64,000 nucleotides of DNA from Candidatus Neptunichlamydia sp. (lineage in GTDB: Bacteria; Chlamydiota; Chlamydiia; Chlamydiales; Simkaniaceae). The notes beneath the pieces are model-generated. The model had not been told where the DNA came from. It searched no databases and saw only the letters and a program-made list of their open reading frames with translations. The stretch's first letter is position 1. Every line of letters begins with the position of its first letter. A program made the translations under genes and the position numbers. The stretch spans positions 448,001 through 512,000 of the forward strand of contig OZ247587.1 of NCBI GenBank assembly GCA_965233865.1. The letters are read 5' to 3'. Shown here piece after piece: positions 8,825 to 18,751 of the stretch.

Positions 8825-10125
8825 GGAAAGTTTTGCGCAGTGTTACACCACCCTTGGTGAGCCTTGTCATTGTGATGTTGGGAAATGGATTCTTCACGAC
8901 ATTTACCAGTCTGCGTCTTGCAGTTGCTGACTATCCTAATTGGATTATTGGCCTGATTAATGCATTTTATTACGCTGGAATTATGCTTGGCTCTATTTAT
9001 ATCGAGAGGCTCATTGAAAGGATTGGTCATATCAGAGCTTTTGCGATCGTAGCGTCTGTCAATTCTGTTTTAATTGTTTTGCAAGGGGGTATGATTAGCG
9101 TTGCCTCATGGTCAATATTTCGATTTTTTATGGGATTTTGTGTTTCGGGATTTTTTATTGCAATTGAGAGTTGGCTCCTCCTTTCTACAGGAGTTAAGAA
9201 CAGAGGGAGACTTCTTTCGTTTTATATGCTTACGCTCTATGTGGCTCAAGGATTTGGACAATTTATTCTGAATTTTTCACCGATCAACAGTCTACTACCC
9301 TTTGTCATCACGGTTATCCTAAGCTCTCTTTCTGTGATTCCTGTCTGCGTGATGAAAAGTAATGGTCCTATGCTTCTAGATTCTTCGATTACTAATATCT
9401 TTCAAATTATCCGAAAGGCTCCTCTTGGTCCTATCGGGTGTTTTGTTTCGGGGATGATTCTAAGCTCCTTTTATTCTCTTGCTCCGATTTTTGCTAAGGA
9501 GATCAATTTCTCCGTGATGCAAATTTCTCAAATTATGGGTTTTACTATCCTAGGAGGGCTTGTGCTTCAATGGCCTATTGGACATCTTTCTGATATATTT
9601 GAGCGTCGAAAAGTGATTATTGGCGTAGCCCTAGCTTTAATGTGTGTGACGTTTGCCCTTTATCATAGCCTTCACTTCCATTATTACCTTCTCCTTGGTT
9701 TAACGATCTTATTTGGAGGGGTCTCATTCACCCTATATCCTCTTTCGATCACGTATACGTGTGACCATTTTTCAGATAAAAAAATTGTGGGGATCACCTG
9801 CGCCCTTCTGGTAATTTATGGAGTTGGGTGTATTATCGGCCCCCTTGTTGCTCCATTTTTCATGACTTTCTTTGGTCCTAGCGGTCTATTTCTCTATATG
9901 AGTATTTTTTGTGCTGTCTTTATTCTTATTTGTCTATGGAGGGTATTTCATGCCAAATCTCGTGGTGATGAGGAGCAGAGCGATTATCTCCCGCTTCCTA
10001 GAGCGACATCTCTAGCCTTTTATATCGACCCTCGAAGTGATCTAGGGGATGATGAGCTAGATGATGAGGATGAAGATCTTTACCCCTTCAGTCAGGAATA
10101 TGAAGATGAGGATGAAGATGATTAA
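8821..10125 (+). CDS. MFS transporter (YcaD-like) with acidic C-terminal tail
   Basis: 12 TM segments; IERIGHIRAF, IESWL and QWPIGHLSD motifs. Confidence 0.9.
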   Translation: MRKVLRSVTPPLVSLVIVMLGNGFFTTFTSLRLAVADYPNWIIGLINAFYYAGIMLGSIYIERLIERIGHIRAFAIVASVNSVLIVLQGGMISVASWSIFRFFMGFCVSGFFIAIESWLLLSTGVKNRGRLLSFYMLTLYVAQGFGQFILNFSPINSLLPFVITVILSSLSVIPVCVMKSNGPMLLDSSITNIFQIIRKAPLGPIGCFVSGMILSSFYSLAPIFAKEINFSVMQISQIMGFTILGGLVLQWPIGHLSDIFERRKVIIGVALALMCVTFALYHSLHFHYYLLLGLTILFGGVSFTLYPLSITYTCDHFSDKKIVGITCALLVIYGVGCIIGPLVAPFFMTFFGPSGLFLYMSIFCAVFILICLWRVFHAKSRGDEEQSDYLPLPRATSLAFYIDPRSDLGDDELDDEDEDLYPFSQEYEDEDEDD

Positions 10126-10205
10126 TTATAAAACATTTGAATTTCCAATATTCACGCTCACTTCATAGAGATATTTTGGTAATATCTTGCTTAAAACTTA
10201 GGTTA

Positions 10206-11336
10206 TTAGGGAAGAGTTGCTGCGCGGATTTTGCTTGCGAGTGAGATAACCACTTCGGCAGCTTGCTTGACTTCTTCAGTGGTGTTAAAGCGGGAGAAGG
10301 AGAAGCGTAATGAGGAGGAGGCTCGTTCGCGGGAATAACCCATTTTAAGAAGAATTCGAGAAGGTTCTAAAGCGCCAGACGCGCAGGCTGAAGCATGAGA
10401 AGCAGCAATCTTGTGCATATCAAGTGCAATTAGCAGAGATTCTCCATCAACTCCAGGAAAGAATAGATTAGAAGTATTAGAAATTCTAGGACCTTCTCCA
10501 TTAATTTCTACGTCTGGAAAGGCCGAAAATATCTCTGATTCAAAGAGCTCACGAAGAGATATAAGGCTAGCCGCGTTTTCATCTTCATCAATTAAAGTAA
10601 GTGCGCGGGTCATACCGACGATTCCTGGAAGATTTTCGGTTCCACTTCGAATTTTTTTCTCTTGTCCCCCTCCTGTCACAAGGGGAGAGAGCTTGAAGTT
10701 TGAGGAAGCAAAAATGAAACCCACTCCCTTTGGACCATGGAACTTATGAGCAGAAAATGTGACCCCTGACACTCCAGGATAAATAGCAAAAGGCTCTTTT
10801 CCGAGGAATGAGACGCCATCGACAATGAGAGGAACCTTGGATGATCGGGCAATGGCAGCCATTTTTTCAAGGTCAATTTTGATCCCTGTTTCACTATTGG
10901 CTGCTGTGAGGACGATGAGTTTTGTATCGGGACGGAGAGCTTTTTGTAGGTCATTAGGATGAGGAGCTCCGTAGGTGCTGACTGGGAGGAAAGTGACATC
11001 AGCTCCCTTTGCCTGCAGATCGATTAGTGTACTATATACGCACGAGTGATCAATAGGAGATCCGATGATATGGGCTTTGGAATTATCTAGTGAGCCTCGG
11101 ATCAGAAGATTCATCCCCTCTGTTCCTCCTGAAGTAAAGAGGATTTCACTAGGTTTCACACCTAAAAAGGAAGCGATTTGAGAGCGACAGTCAGAGAGCA
11201 CTTTTTTCCCTTCCTGACCAAAGTGATGGACGCTTGAGGGATTCCGAGGGGGAGCAGCAAGTTCCTCAATCATATCTTCTATGACTAGAGGATCGATTTG
11301 TGTTGTGGCATTATTATCGAGGTAAATTCTCATCAT
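10206..11336 (-). CDS. iscS: Cysteine desulfurase (IscS/NifS family)
   Basis: IYLDNNATT, FTSGGTE, FSAHKFHGPKG (PLP Lys), RSGTEN and SACASG motifs. Confidence 0.92.
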   Translation of the reverse strand: MMRIYLDNNATTQIDPLVIEDMIEELAAPPRNPSSVHHFGQEGKKVLSDCRSQIASFLGVKPSEILFTSGGTEGMNLLIRGSLDNSKAHIIGSPIDHSCVYSTLIDLQAKGADVTFLPVSTYGAPHPNDLQKALRPDTKLIVLTAANSETGIKIDLEKMAAIARSSKVPLIVDGVSFLGKEPFAIYPGVSGVTFSAHKFHGPKGVGFIFASSNFKLSPLVTGGGQEKKIRSGTENLPGIVGMTRALTLIDEDENAASLISLRELFESEIFSAFPDVEINGEGPRISNTSNLFFPGVDGESLLIALDMHKIAASHASACASGALEPSRILLKMGYSRERASSSLRFSFSRFNTTEEVKQAAEVVISLASKIRAATLP

Positions 11337-12087
11337 CTGTTTTCACAATTACTACAGTTACGTTGTCCAGCCCCCCCTGTTCTTTAGCTCTTTCAACAAG
11401 CTGCGTAGTTGCGCTCTTAATATCTTTGCTATTTTTCAAAATCTTAGTGATTTCTTCATCCGAGACCTGATCAGTGAGACCATCACTGCACATCAAGTAT
11501 ATATCATGAGGGTTTACTGGGGCAATATGGATTTCTGCTTCTACATCCATCTGAGTTCCAATCGCTCGGGTTAAAATATTTTTGTAGGGGAGAGTTTGCG
11601 ATTTTTCTTTTGATACTTGCCCTTTCTCAATCATTTGATTTGTGAGGGAGTGGTCAAGGGTCAGTTGATCAAGGAGTCCTTGTCGAAAGCGGTAGATACG
11701 ACTATCTCCTACGTGACCATAAATGAGTGAATGTTCGTGAAAAAGAAGGGTACATAGGGTGGTCCCCATCCCTGAGTAATCCTTTTTCTTTTTGCCTAGG
11801 TGATGAACCCAGCTATTAGCATTTTCAATGCAAAGCTTATTAAAAGAAGAAAGATCAAAAATATTCCACTCCCTCTTTGCAGAAACAAAGAGCTCTTCAA
11901 TTGAGGCACAGACAAATCGGACAGCTTCCTTTGCTGCGACTTCCCCAGCGTTATGTCCACCCATTCCGTCGGCAAGGGCAAAAAATCCATATTCATGGAG
12001 ATTAAGAAATATATCTTCGTTATTTGTGCGGACATGGCCGACATCCGTAAGTCCATAACAAGATAGTGGAAAGGCGTAGCGGTTCAA
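11314..12087 (-). CDS. PP2C-family Ser/Thr protein phosphatase
   Basis: RTNNED, ALADGMGGH, GMGTT, HVGDSRIY, CSDGL and GGLDNVT motifs. Likely TTG start at 12087 overlapping the serpin stop, with a GGAGG RBS. Confidence 0.93.
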   Translation of the reverse strand: MNRYAFPLSCYGLTDVGHVRTNNEDIFLNLHEYGFFALADGMGGHNAGEVAAKEAVRFVCASIEELFVSAKREWNIFDLSSFNKLCIENANSWVHHLGKKKKDYSGMGTTLCTLLFHEHSLIYGHVGDSRIYRFRQGLLDQLTLDHSLTNQMIEKGQVSKEKSQTLPYKNILTRAIGTQMDVEAEIHIAPVNPHDIYLMCSDGLTDQVSDEEITKILKNSKDIKSATTQLVERAKEQGGLDNVTVVIVKTDDENLPR

Positions 12088-13319
12088 GATGATTTCCCTC
12101 CTGCTATTTTGGTGATTCCTGTTTGAGATGGGTCCTGACATTCTCCAAGAAAAAGGAGGAGTTTAGTGTCAAAGTCGTAAACAGCATATAAGAAGGGGCG
12201 GTTCGCAATAAATTGAGCTGCATCGTTCCTTCTAGATGATTTTAAACTAAAGGATGAACTCGTTGTTGCTGTTGCGAAAATCCCTCCTTCGTCTATTGAG
12301 AGGACACTTTGCTGAAAGGCTTCACTAATCATTAAATTTTTTGTCCCATCAATTCCAGAAAAATTAGCTTTAGACGAGAGGGCATCATTAATTCCCAGCG
12401 ATCGGTAGAGAGGAAGTAGATTGAGTTTTTGTGAAACAATAAATTTCGGGATTGAGGTGATGACATAGGCTTTTTTAAGGTGCTGAAGATAGGAGATAAA
12501 GCCTTCAGGTTTTTTTTCATCTTGAGAGTAGTAAAAATTGTAGAGATCATCAGGTCTTTTTTTCGGGAGGAAGATGACAAAAGCAAGGTGCGAGTTAGGA
12601 TTTTCAATTGGGAGGGCTACAATTTGCGAATCATCATTTTCAAAGTAGTAGACCTCGGAAGATTGACGCATCATTTTGCAAGAGACAGAACTTCCGTCCT
12701 TTTTCAGGAATGGCTGTTGCCCTGTATTTTGGGTAGGAAAGGGAGATTCCCATGAGCCTTTTAACATGAGGCTATTGATAAGAATCATTTGAGTCGATTT
12801 AGAGAGGGTAGATGGATTGATGAAATTCGAAATCTTTCCATCCGATTTTTCATAGACCCACCTATTCATGCTTTTCGCCGCAATTAGAGGCTTACGAAAA
12901 TTGGCGCTATGGATTGATCCATCGAAGTCTCTTGAAATAAGCGATTTATAGGATCCTAACACATTAGATTTCTCATCTATCCACATGGTTGCACCAATCT
13001 GGACCTTATCTCTACCGCTAGTTAGATGATTGGTTAGGGATAAATAAGCAGTAGAGGCTTCTTTTTGCGCTATGGTCAAGTGAAGACTCGTTGCAATCTG
13101 GTGAGCGGTATTTCCTTTAGCTCCTATATAGGTCATCAAAAGAGAAGTACTAATTGCCAGGGGAGACATCACGGTGTTCTGAGATTTATCCATAATATAG
13201 TAGAGGAACATTCCAGTGTGATTAATGCTCTCTGCTAGCTCTTCATTGACAGCATAGGCTCGAAAGGGGGTTCCTAAAGTGATGAGGGTCAAAAAAAGAC
13301 CTTGTAACAAAGTGCGCAT
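12084..13319 (-). CDS. Serpin family protein with signal peptide
   Basis: NTVMSPLAI, GAKGNTA, INSLMLKGSWESPF, IPKF, hinge DEGG and FIANRPFLYAV motifs. Confidence 0.93.
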   Translation of the reverse strand: MRTLLQGLFLTLITLGTPFRAYAVNEELAESINHTGMFLYYIMDKSQNTVMSPLAISTSLLMTYIGAKGNTAHQIATSLHLTIAQKEASTAYLSLTNHLTSGRDKVQIGATMWIDEKSNVLGSYKSLISRDFDGSIHSANFRKPLIAAKSMNRWVYEKSDGKISNFINPSTLSKSTQMILINSLMLKGSWESPFPTQNTGQQPFLKKDGSSVSCKMMRQSSEVYYFENDDSQIVALPIENPNSHLAFVIFLPKKRPDDLYNFYYSQDEKKPEGFISYLQHLKKAYVITSIPKFIVSQKLNLLPLYRSLGINDALSSKANFSGIDGTKNLMISEAFQQSVLSIDEGGIFATATTSSSFSLKSSRRNDAAQFIANRPFLYAVYDFDTKLLLFLGECQDPSQTGITKIAGGKSS

Positions 13320-13330
13320 ACCACATTCTA

Positions 13331-14179
13331 CTAAGTTGAAATTAAAAGTATACGGATAACACTTATTGAATTGAATGTCATGTGTAAAGCGATTGGAGCA
13401 AGAAGGGAACGTTGCCTTTCATAGAGGAATCCTAAAAATAAAGCTAAGAAAAAGAGAGAAGACAGCAGGGCAATATTGCTCACTCCTTGATCGGAGGAAA
13501 AGTGAAACAGTGAAAAGATAAGAGCAGAAAAAATTATTGATTTAACCATCGAAAGTTTTTTGCGAAGGTAAGTATATAGAAACCCTCTAAATACAAGCTC
13601 TTCGATGACTGGAGCGGCCACTAATATCATAAAGAGAGCAATTGATAATAGAACAGGGGACTCTTTTGCCATTTTTAGGTAGCGGACAGCAATTTGATCA
13701 ACCGGTGATAGCCCTGTTAGAGCAAAAGCAATAAACTCCATCATTTGACTTACTGCACCTACAACAGGAAAAGCAATAAGCCATGTTAAGATTCCCAGGC
13801 CAAAATCTTCAAGGATGCAAGAAAAACGGTTTCGACTTGGATGGACCCACATTGCATGAAGGGCGGTTTTGTCTTGCAACAGTGAGAGAGAAAAAAGATA
13901 AGCAATCACCCATGAAAGGGAAACGATTTGAAGAAGGGTCATGAGTAAGATTGGGGAGTGCTCAGCAAGATCTTGCAAGTACTTCCCCACTATACGTACA
14001 CTGAGAGGGGCAGTGATAAAAAAAAGGAGGAGGTATCCGATAATTCCAATGATTGGATACCTAAGGTCTGCCGTAGTTCTTGGCAATGCTTTGACACGAA
14101 AAAAGCGAAAGTGTGCTGCCACCCACAAAAAAACGGCTCCGACTATTCCTAGAAAGAACCCTGATGTTAGGTGATTCAT
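13331..14179 (-). CDS. CPBP/CAAX family intramembrane metalloprotease (CT254-like)
   Basis: APVIEELVFRG, FSLFH and PIALHMTFN motifs. Confidence 0.92.
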   Translation of the reverse strand: MNHLTSGFFLGIVGAVFLWVAAHFRFFRVKALPRTTADLRYPIIGIIGYLLLFFITAPLSVRIVGKYLQDLAEHSPILLMTLLQIVSLSWVIAYLFSLSLLQDKTALHAMWVHPSRNRFSCILEDFGLGILTWLIAFPVVGAVSQMMEFIAFALTGLSPVDQIAVRYLKMAKESPVLLSIALFMILVAAPVIEELVFRGFLYTYLRKKLSMVKSIIFSALIFSLFHFSSDQGVSNIALLSSLFFLALFLGFLYERQRSLLAPIALHMTFNSISVIRILLIST

Positions 14180-14859
14180 TGGCTCTTGGAGAGAAGGATA
14201 TAATCCTCAACTCGCTTGATTACCTCTTTGCTAAACTGCATATGAGCACGTCCCATAGGAGAAACAATAAATGTCATTTTTTTCCACTTTTCAGGGCTTG
14301 GTGTATTAAGGCTCGAAGGTTTAGGGATCAAGTGATCTTGATGGATAAATTCTTGCAAAATGACTTCAGGGTGAGAACCTCGTAAATCAAACACACGAAC
14401 TCGCATGGATAGTGAAAGTTCAGAAGAGGGAGTAATCTTGTCAATAAAATTCCCCTTAAGGAGCTTTGAATGAATGTCATGTTCAACAAGCTCTGCGAAA
14501 ATTACGAATTCATGACGATCAAAAGCATCTTTAATCCAGTCAATATTTGTGCTAAAGGGACTATCTTCAGCACTCAAGTTAGCAACAACCTGGTTAATCT
14601 CATCAGGAGTGTTGAGGTAAAAGCTGTTTTGTTTGTGGAGACGTCCGCGGAGCTGATCTGTAAATTCGTCTGAGAGACTCCAACCTACTTGAGCGTTTGA
14701 GCGATCAAACACCGGGATAAAAGCAACAACAGGTTTGGCACGCCCATCATCATGGAAGCGAGTCACTTGATCATAATTACTATTCGAAGAACACCCAAAA
14801 AGGGTAAGACAGAGGGCAGAAATAAGTCCAAACCGTTTTAACATAAATAAGATCCCCAT
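14176..14859 (-). CDS. CT253-family chlamydial lipoprotein
   Basis: Lipobox LFGC; KPVVAFIPVFD, ELVEH and RVRVFDLR motifs; upstream of the CT254-like gene. Confidence 0.8.
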   Translation of the reverse strand: MGILFMLKRFGLISALCLTLFGCSSNSNYDQVTRFHDDGRAKPVVAFIPVFDRSNAQVGWSLSDEFTDQLRGRLHKQNSFYLNTPDEINQVVANLSAEDSPFSTNIDWIKDAFDRHEFVIFAELVEHDIHSKLLKGNFIDKITPSSELSLSMRVRVFDLRGSHPEVILQEFIHQDHLIPKPSSLNTPSPEKWKKMTFIVSPMGRAHMQFSKEVIKRVEDYILLSKSQ

Positions 14860-14891
14860 TGGTGTAAAAAATGAGGATAACCGATGTAGAT

Positions 14892-16709
14892 TTATGTGGC
14901 AATGAACAGAACACTAGTAAAGGGATAAAGGGTATATTCATGAGAGTAACTTCCCTCTTCTCCGTGCGTGTCAATAATCCGTTTCCATAGGCCCTTTGGA
15001 AGAGGCCATGTGAGAGTTTTATGGGAAGGATTGAATGCTACTAATATGGAACGATTGATTATGAGAGCAAGAAAGGGAAGATCTAGCCACTCTGTTCTTT
15101 CTATTTTTTTAAGATGAAACTTTCGAAATGCAGTGAGTTTAGAAAGAAACTTCTGAATTCCAGTGCGTTCCCATTGAAAGTAATTCAAGGCATTGTCTTG
15201 ACACCAGGTATTGTTGTTACCTAGTTTAGAGTGGCCATATTCATCGCCCATAAGGAGCATCGGAATTCCCTGAGAAATCATTAAAATCAAAAAAAAGTTC
15301 TTCATCTGCCGTGTTCTTAAAGAAAGGATTTCAGGTGCATCTACAGAACCTTCCACGCCGCAATGCCAGGAGATATTATGATTAGAGCCGTCTTGGTTTC
15401 CCTCACCATTTTCCTCATTATGTTTTTCGCTATATGAAACAAGATCATGGAGGGTAAAGCCATCATGAATAGTGACAAAATTGTAACTCTTTGAGGGAGC
15501 ATTATAAATATCAGGAGAGCCTAGGATCCTTTTTTTGATGCTATCAAGATTTCCGTCTCCTCTGATGAAGTGGCGGACATCATCGCGATACTTGTCATTC
15601 CAGCCTCCGAAACGGTAAGAAGGGAATGTGCCAACTTGGTAAAGACCTGCAGCATCCCACGGCTCAGCAATGAGTTTTGTGGGTCCTAATATTGAATCTC
15701 GATTGATCATTTCAAGGACTGGTGGGTGCTTTAACGGTTTTCCATCCTGTCCACGTGTTAAAATTGGAGCTAAATCAAAACGGAAGCCATCAATGTGATA
15801 TTCGATGACAAAATGACGAAGAGAATCGACAATAAGCCGGGCTGCTGCTGGATGATTACAGTTAAACGTGTTTCCACATCCAGAGTAGTTATGGTATCCA
15901 TTCTCATCGACTATGTAGTACGAAGCGTTATCAATGCCTCGAAATGAGTAATAATACTCTGGAAATGAACCTTCATTGGTATGGTTATAAACCACGTCCA
16001 TAATCACTTCAATCCCTGCATGATGGAGTGCCCTGACCAAGATCTTTAGATCCTCTTGAGAGCCGTAGGGGCGCATAGGAGTAAAAAAATTTGCTGTAGA
16101 GTAACCCCAATAGTTTAAGAGTTCCCTTCCTGTTCCAGGTGTTGTTTTTTGATTTTCATTTTTGCTAAAAGATTGAATAGGAAGAAGTTCTACAGTGGTA
16201 ACTCCAAGGTCTTTTAGGTAGGGAATTTTCTCTATAATTCCTAAAAAAGTCCCAGGATTTTCAACGCCGCTACTAGGATCCTGGGTAAAGCCGCGCACAT
16301 GTAGCTCGTAGAGGATCATTTCTTCGGGTGGAATCATTGGGCGGGAATCTGCCTGCCAATCAAAATCTTCTTGGGGAATGATAACAGCTCTGGGAGTTTT
16401 TTTTTGGTTATTCCAAGCAGGTGATTGGTTTAGGAGCGTTGCATAAGGGTCAACAAGATCCATCTCTTTATTGAAAAGATGCCCCTCTTCAGGTTTATAG
16501 GGTCCATTGCATCGATAGGTATATTCATAAGTCTTAGGAAGATTTTCGAGAGTAATTTCCCAGACATCTCCCTTTTGCTGCAGATCAGCTATATGAAATG
16601 GGTCATTTCTCTCCAGTTCATAAAGGTGCAAGCAAACTTGTGTAGCATGCCTTGAATAGAGTGCAAAGGTCGTCTCTTCGCCTGATTTTGTTACTCCCAG
16701 AGCTGTCAT
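14892..16709 (-). CDS. glgX: Glycogen debranching enzyme / isoamylase (GH13)
   Basis: YELHVRGFT, NYWGY, DVVYNHT, DGFRFDLA, IAEPWD and HDGFTL motifs. Confidence 0.95.
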   Translation of the reverse strand: MTALGVTKSGEETTFALYSRHATQVCLHLYELERNDPFHIADLQQKGDVWEITLENLPKTYEYTYRCNGPYKPEEGHLFNKEMDLVDPYATLLNQSPAWNNQKKTPRAVIIPQEDFDWQADSRPMIPPEEMILYELHVRGFTQDPSSGVENPGTFLGIIEKIPYLKDLGVTTVELLPIQSFSKNENQKTTPGTGRELLNYWGYSTANFFTPMRPYGSQEDLKILVRALHHAGIEVIMDVVYNHTNEGSFPEYYYSFRGIDNASYYIVDENGYHNYSGCGNTFNCNHPAAARLIVDSLRHFVIEYHIDGFRFDLAPILTRGQDGKPLKHPPVLEMINRDSILGPTKLIAEPWDAAGLYQVGTFPSYRFGGWNDKYRDDVRHFIRGDGNLDSIKKRILGSPDIYNAPSKSYNFVTIHDGFTLHDLVSYSEKHNEENGEGNQDGSNHNISWHCGVEGSVDAPEILSLRTRQMKNFFLILMISQGIPMLLMGDEYGHSKLGNNNTWCQDNALNYFQWERTGIQKFLSKLTAFRKFHLKKIERTEWLDLPFLALIINRSILVAFNPSHKTLTWPLPKGLWKRIIDTHGEEGSYSHEYTLYPFTSVLFIAT

Positions 16710-16760
16710 ATCCTCCTTTTAGTTATATGCAAGATTTTTGGCCAGAAAGGTAAAAGGCTA

Positions 16761-16789
16761 TTGCATTTCTATGCCGTAGGGACTATCAT
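16761..16789 (+). promoter_or_regulatory. sigma66-type promoter of the CesT chaperone gene
   Basis: TTGCAT, 17-bp spacer, TATCAT. Confidence 0.55.
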
Positions 16790-16897
16790 GAAAAAATAAA
16801 TTGTTCTTTGTATGAATTTTTTGTTGCACTTTTTATCTAAGCCTGAAAAATTTCTTTTCGAAGAACTATATAAGAATTTATTAAGGAGGAGACATTA

Positions 16898-17437
16898 ATG
16901 TCACTGCAAAACGCTGAGGCGAATCTCAATGAGTTTGGAAAAGAGCTAAACTTAGAAGGGTTGGCCTTTGATGAAAATCACACCTGTATTCTGGGGATCG
17001 ATAATACATTTTCGCTTCACCTTACCTATGAGCCGAATTCTGATCGTCTCTATCTCTACGCTCCGATTCTGGACGGTCTTCCGAAGGATGATGCTTCCAA
17101 GTTAAAACTTTATGAAGCTCTTCTTGAGGGCTCGATGCTTGGCGGCCAGATGGCTGGCGGTGGTGTCGGTGTAGCCGTCAAGGAAGAATTGATCTTGATG
17201 CACTGCGTTCTTGAAATGGGATCTGGAGCTGACGCTTCGTCTCTTCAAAGATTTGCTCCTCTTTTTGTGGAGTCTGTCGAAAAGTGGCGTGAAAGGGCTA
17301 AAGACATCCTTGAAGGACGCGATCCAGGAGCAACAGGCATTCCTGGAGGTGGACCAATGACTCCTGGTGGCCAGCTGCAACATGGAAAGAAGGGTGGTGA
17401 AGATCCTAAACCAGGCGATCGTTTTATCAAGATCTAA
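16898..17437 (+). CDS. slc1: CesT-family type III secretion chaperone (Slc1/CT043-like)
   Basis: FDENHTCILGIDNTFSLHLTYEPNSDRLYLYAP...LYEALLEGSMLGGQMAGGGVGVA; divergent from glgX as in Chlamydia. Confidence 0.88.
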   Translation: MSLQNAEANLNEFGKELNLEGLAFDENHTCILGIDNTFSLHLTYEPNSDRLYLYAPILDGLPKDDASKLKLYEALLEGSMLGGQMAGGGVGVAVKEELILMHCVLEMGSGADASSLQRFAPLFVESVEKWRERAKDILEGRDPGATGIPGGGPMTPGGQLQHGKKGGEDPKPGDRFIKI

Positions 17438-18738
17438 GAGATCATTCGTTTTATATCTGAAAGAGGAAGGAGAAATCCGTCCTCTTTTTTTTCGATTCCA
17501 GCCTTTACCCGTTTTACACTTGTCATAACTGTTGAATGATCTCGAGAAAAGAGGCGCCCAATCTTCAAAAAGGGCATATTCAGGTATTTTCGGCAGAGGT
17601 ACATCGCAATCTGTCTTGGAAGAGCTTGCTCTTTTCTTTGTCCTTTTCCTAAGATATCCTCTATTTTGATTCCAAAGGTGTTGGCGACGATTTTTAGGAC
17701 TTTCTCAGGAGTGAGGAGGGTTTTATTTTCCTTTTCTAACAGGTCTTTGAGGTAATATTTGGCAATTTCTAAGTCTGGTGGGGTTTTTGCGTGAGGGAGG
17801 CGGAGTGCTAGAGCCTCTAGCGCTTGAATAAGTGAGTGGAGGTTTTTGAATGAGTGCAGAAGAAACTCGATCAAAGGGGGATTAATCGGAAAAGTAAGAG
17901 CATCGGCGCGTTTTTCTAAAATTTCTTTTTTTATAACCTCGCTTGGGTGCGTGACTGAGAGAGTAATTCCCCATTCGAAGCGGCTAATAAGGCGGTCTTC
18001 TATTTCCTCTAGAAAACGAGGAGGGACATTCGATCCTAGAATAATCTGAAAACCTGTTGTATGGAGGCGATTAAACGTGTGGAATAGCTCCTCCTGTGTT
18101 GCAGTTTTCCGTGAAAAAAGTTGGACGTCATCAATAATAAGAACTTCAATATCACGGTAGGTCTTTCGAAATTCTTGAAGAGATGCCGAGCGAAAAGCGC
18201 GAATAACGTGCTCTGTAAAGGTATCAGCACGGACGTAACAATATTTTTTTCCCATTTCATGAAAAGCTTGAGCTGCAGCCATTAAAAGGTGAGATTTACC
18301 ACTTCCTTTTGGTCCATAAATGTAAACTGGATTGTAATTCCCAAAAGCAAGCTTTCCGTTAAGAAGCTCTTTAATAATGTTGTAGGCAAGATTCTCTTCA
18401 GATGAGGGGATAAAATTATCAAATGTTGCATGAGGTTCAAGAGAATTAGGTGCAAAAGGGTTGTTTTTCTTTGGAGTGTCAATTTCTTTCACATTATAGG
18501 GATTCCCCCCAATTAAGAAATGAACTTTAATAGGCCGTCCACTCCCTGTTAAAAACTTGCGGGGAAGGAGAGGAAAAACATACTCCTTAAACCAATTGAT
18601 CTGGAAAGAGTCTACAGCGTCTAAAAAAATATTTCCGGCATCAAATTTCACCACTTTGAGTGTGCGGAGCCATTTATCAACCGTATCTGTTCCTAACTCT
18701 CTATCTAGCTGTTTTAGGAAATTACTCCACTGATTCAT
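17434..18738 (-). CDS. dnaA: Chromosomal replication initiator DnaA (yidC-linked chlamydial copy)
   Basis: YNPVYIYGPKGSGKSHLL, IIDDVQ, QEELFHTFN, RLISRFEWG and RDHSTV motifs. Confidence 0.95.
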   Translation of the reverse strand: MNQWSNFLKQLDRELGTDTVDKWLRTLKVVKFDAGNIFLDAVDSFQINWFKEYVFPLLPRKFLTGSGRPIKVHFLIGGNPYNVKEIDTPKKNNPFAPNSLEPHATFDNFIPSSEENLAYNIIKELLNGKLAFGNYNPVYIYGPKGSGKSHLLMAAAQAFHEMGKKYCYVRADTFTEHVIRAFRSASLQEFRKTYRDIEVLIIDDVQLFSRKTATQEELFHTFNRLHTTGFQIILGSNVPPRFLEEIEDRLISRFEWGITLSVTHPSEVIKKEILEKRADALTFPINPPLIEFLLHSFKNLHSLIQALEALALRLPHAKTPPDLEIAKYYLKDLLEKENKTLLTPEKVLKIVANTFGIKIEDILGKGQRKEQALPRQIAMYLCRKYLNMPFLKIGRLFSRDHSTVMTSVKRVKAGIEKKEDGFLLPLSDIKRMIS

Positions 18739-18751
18739 TTACCTAAACGCG

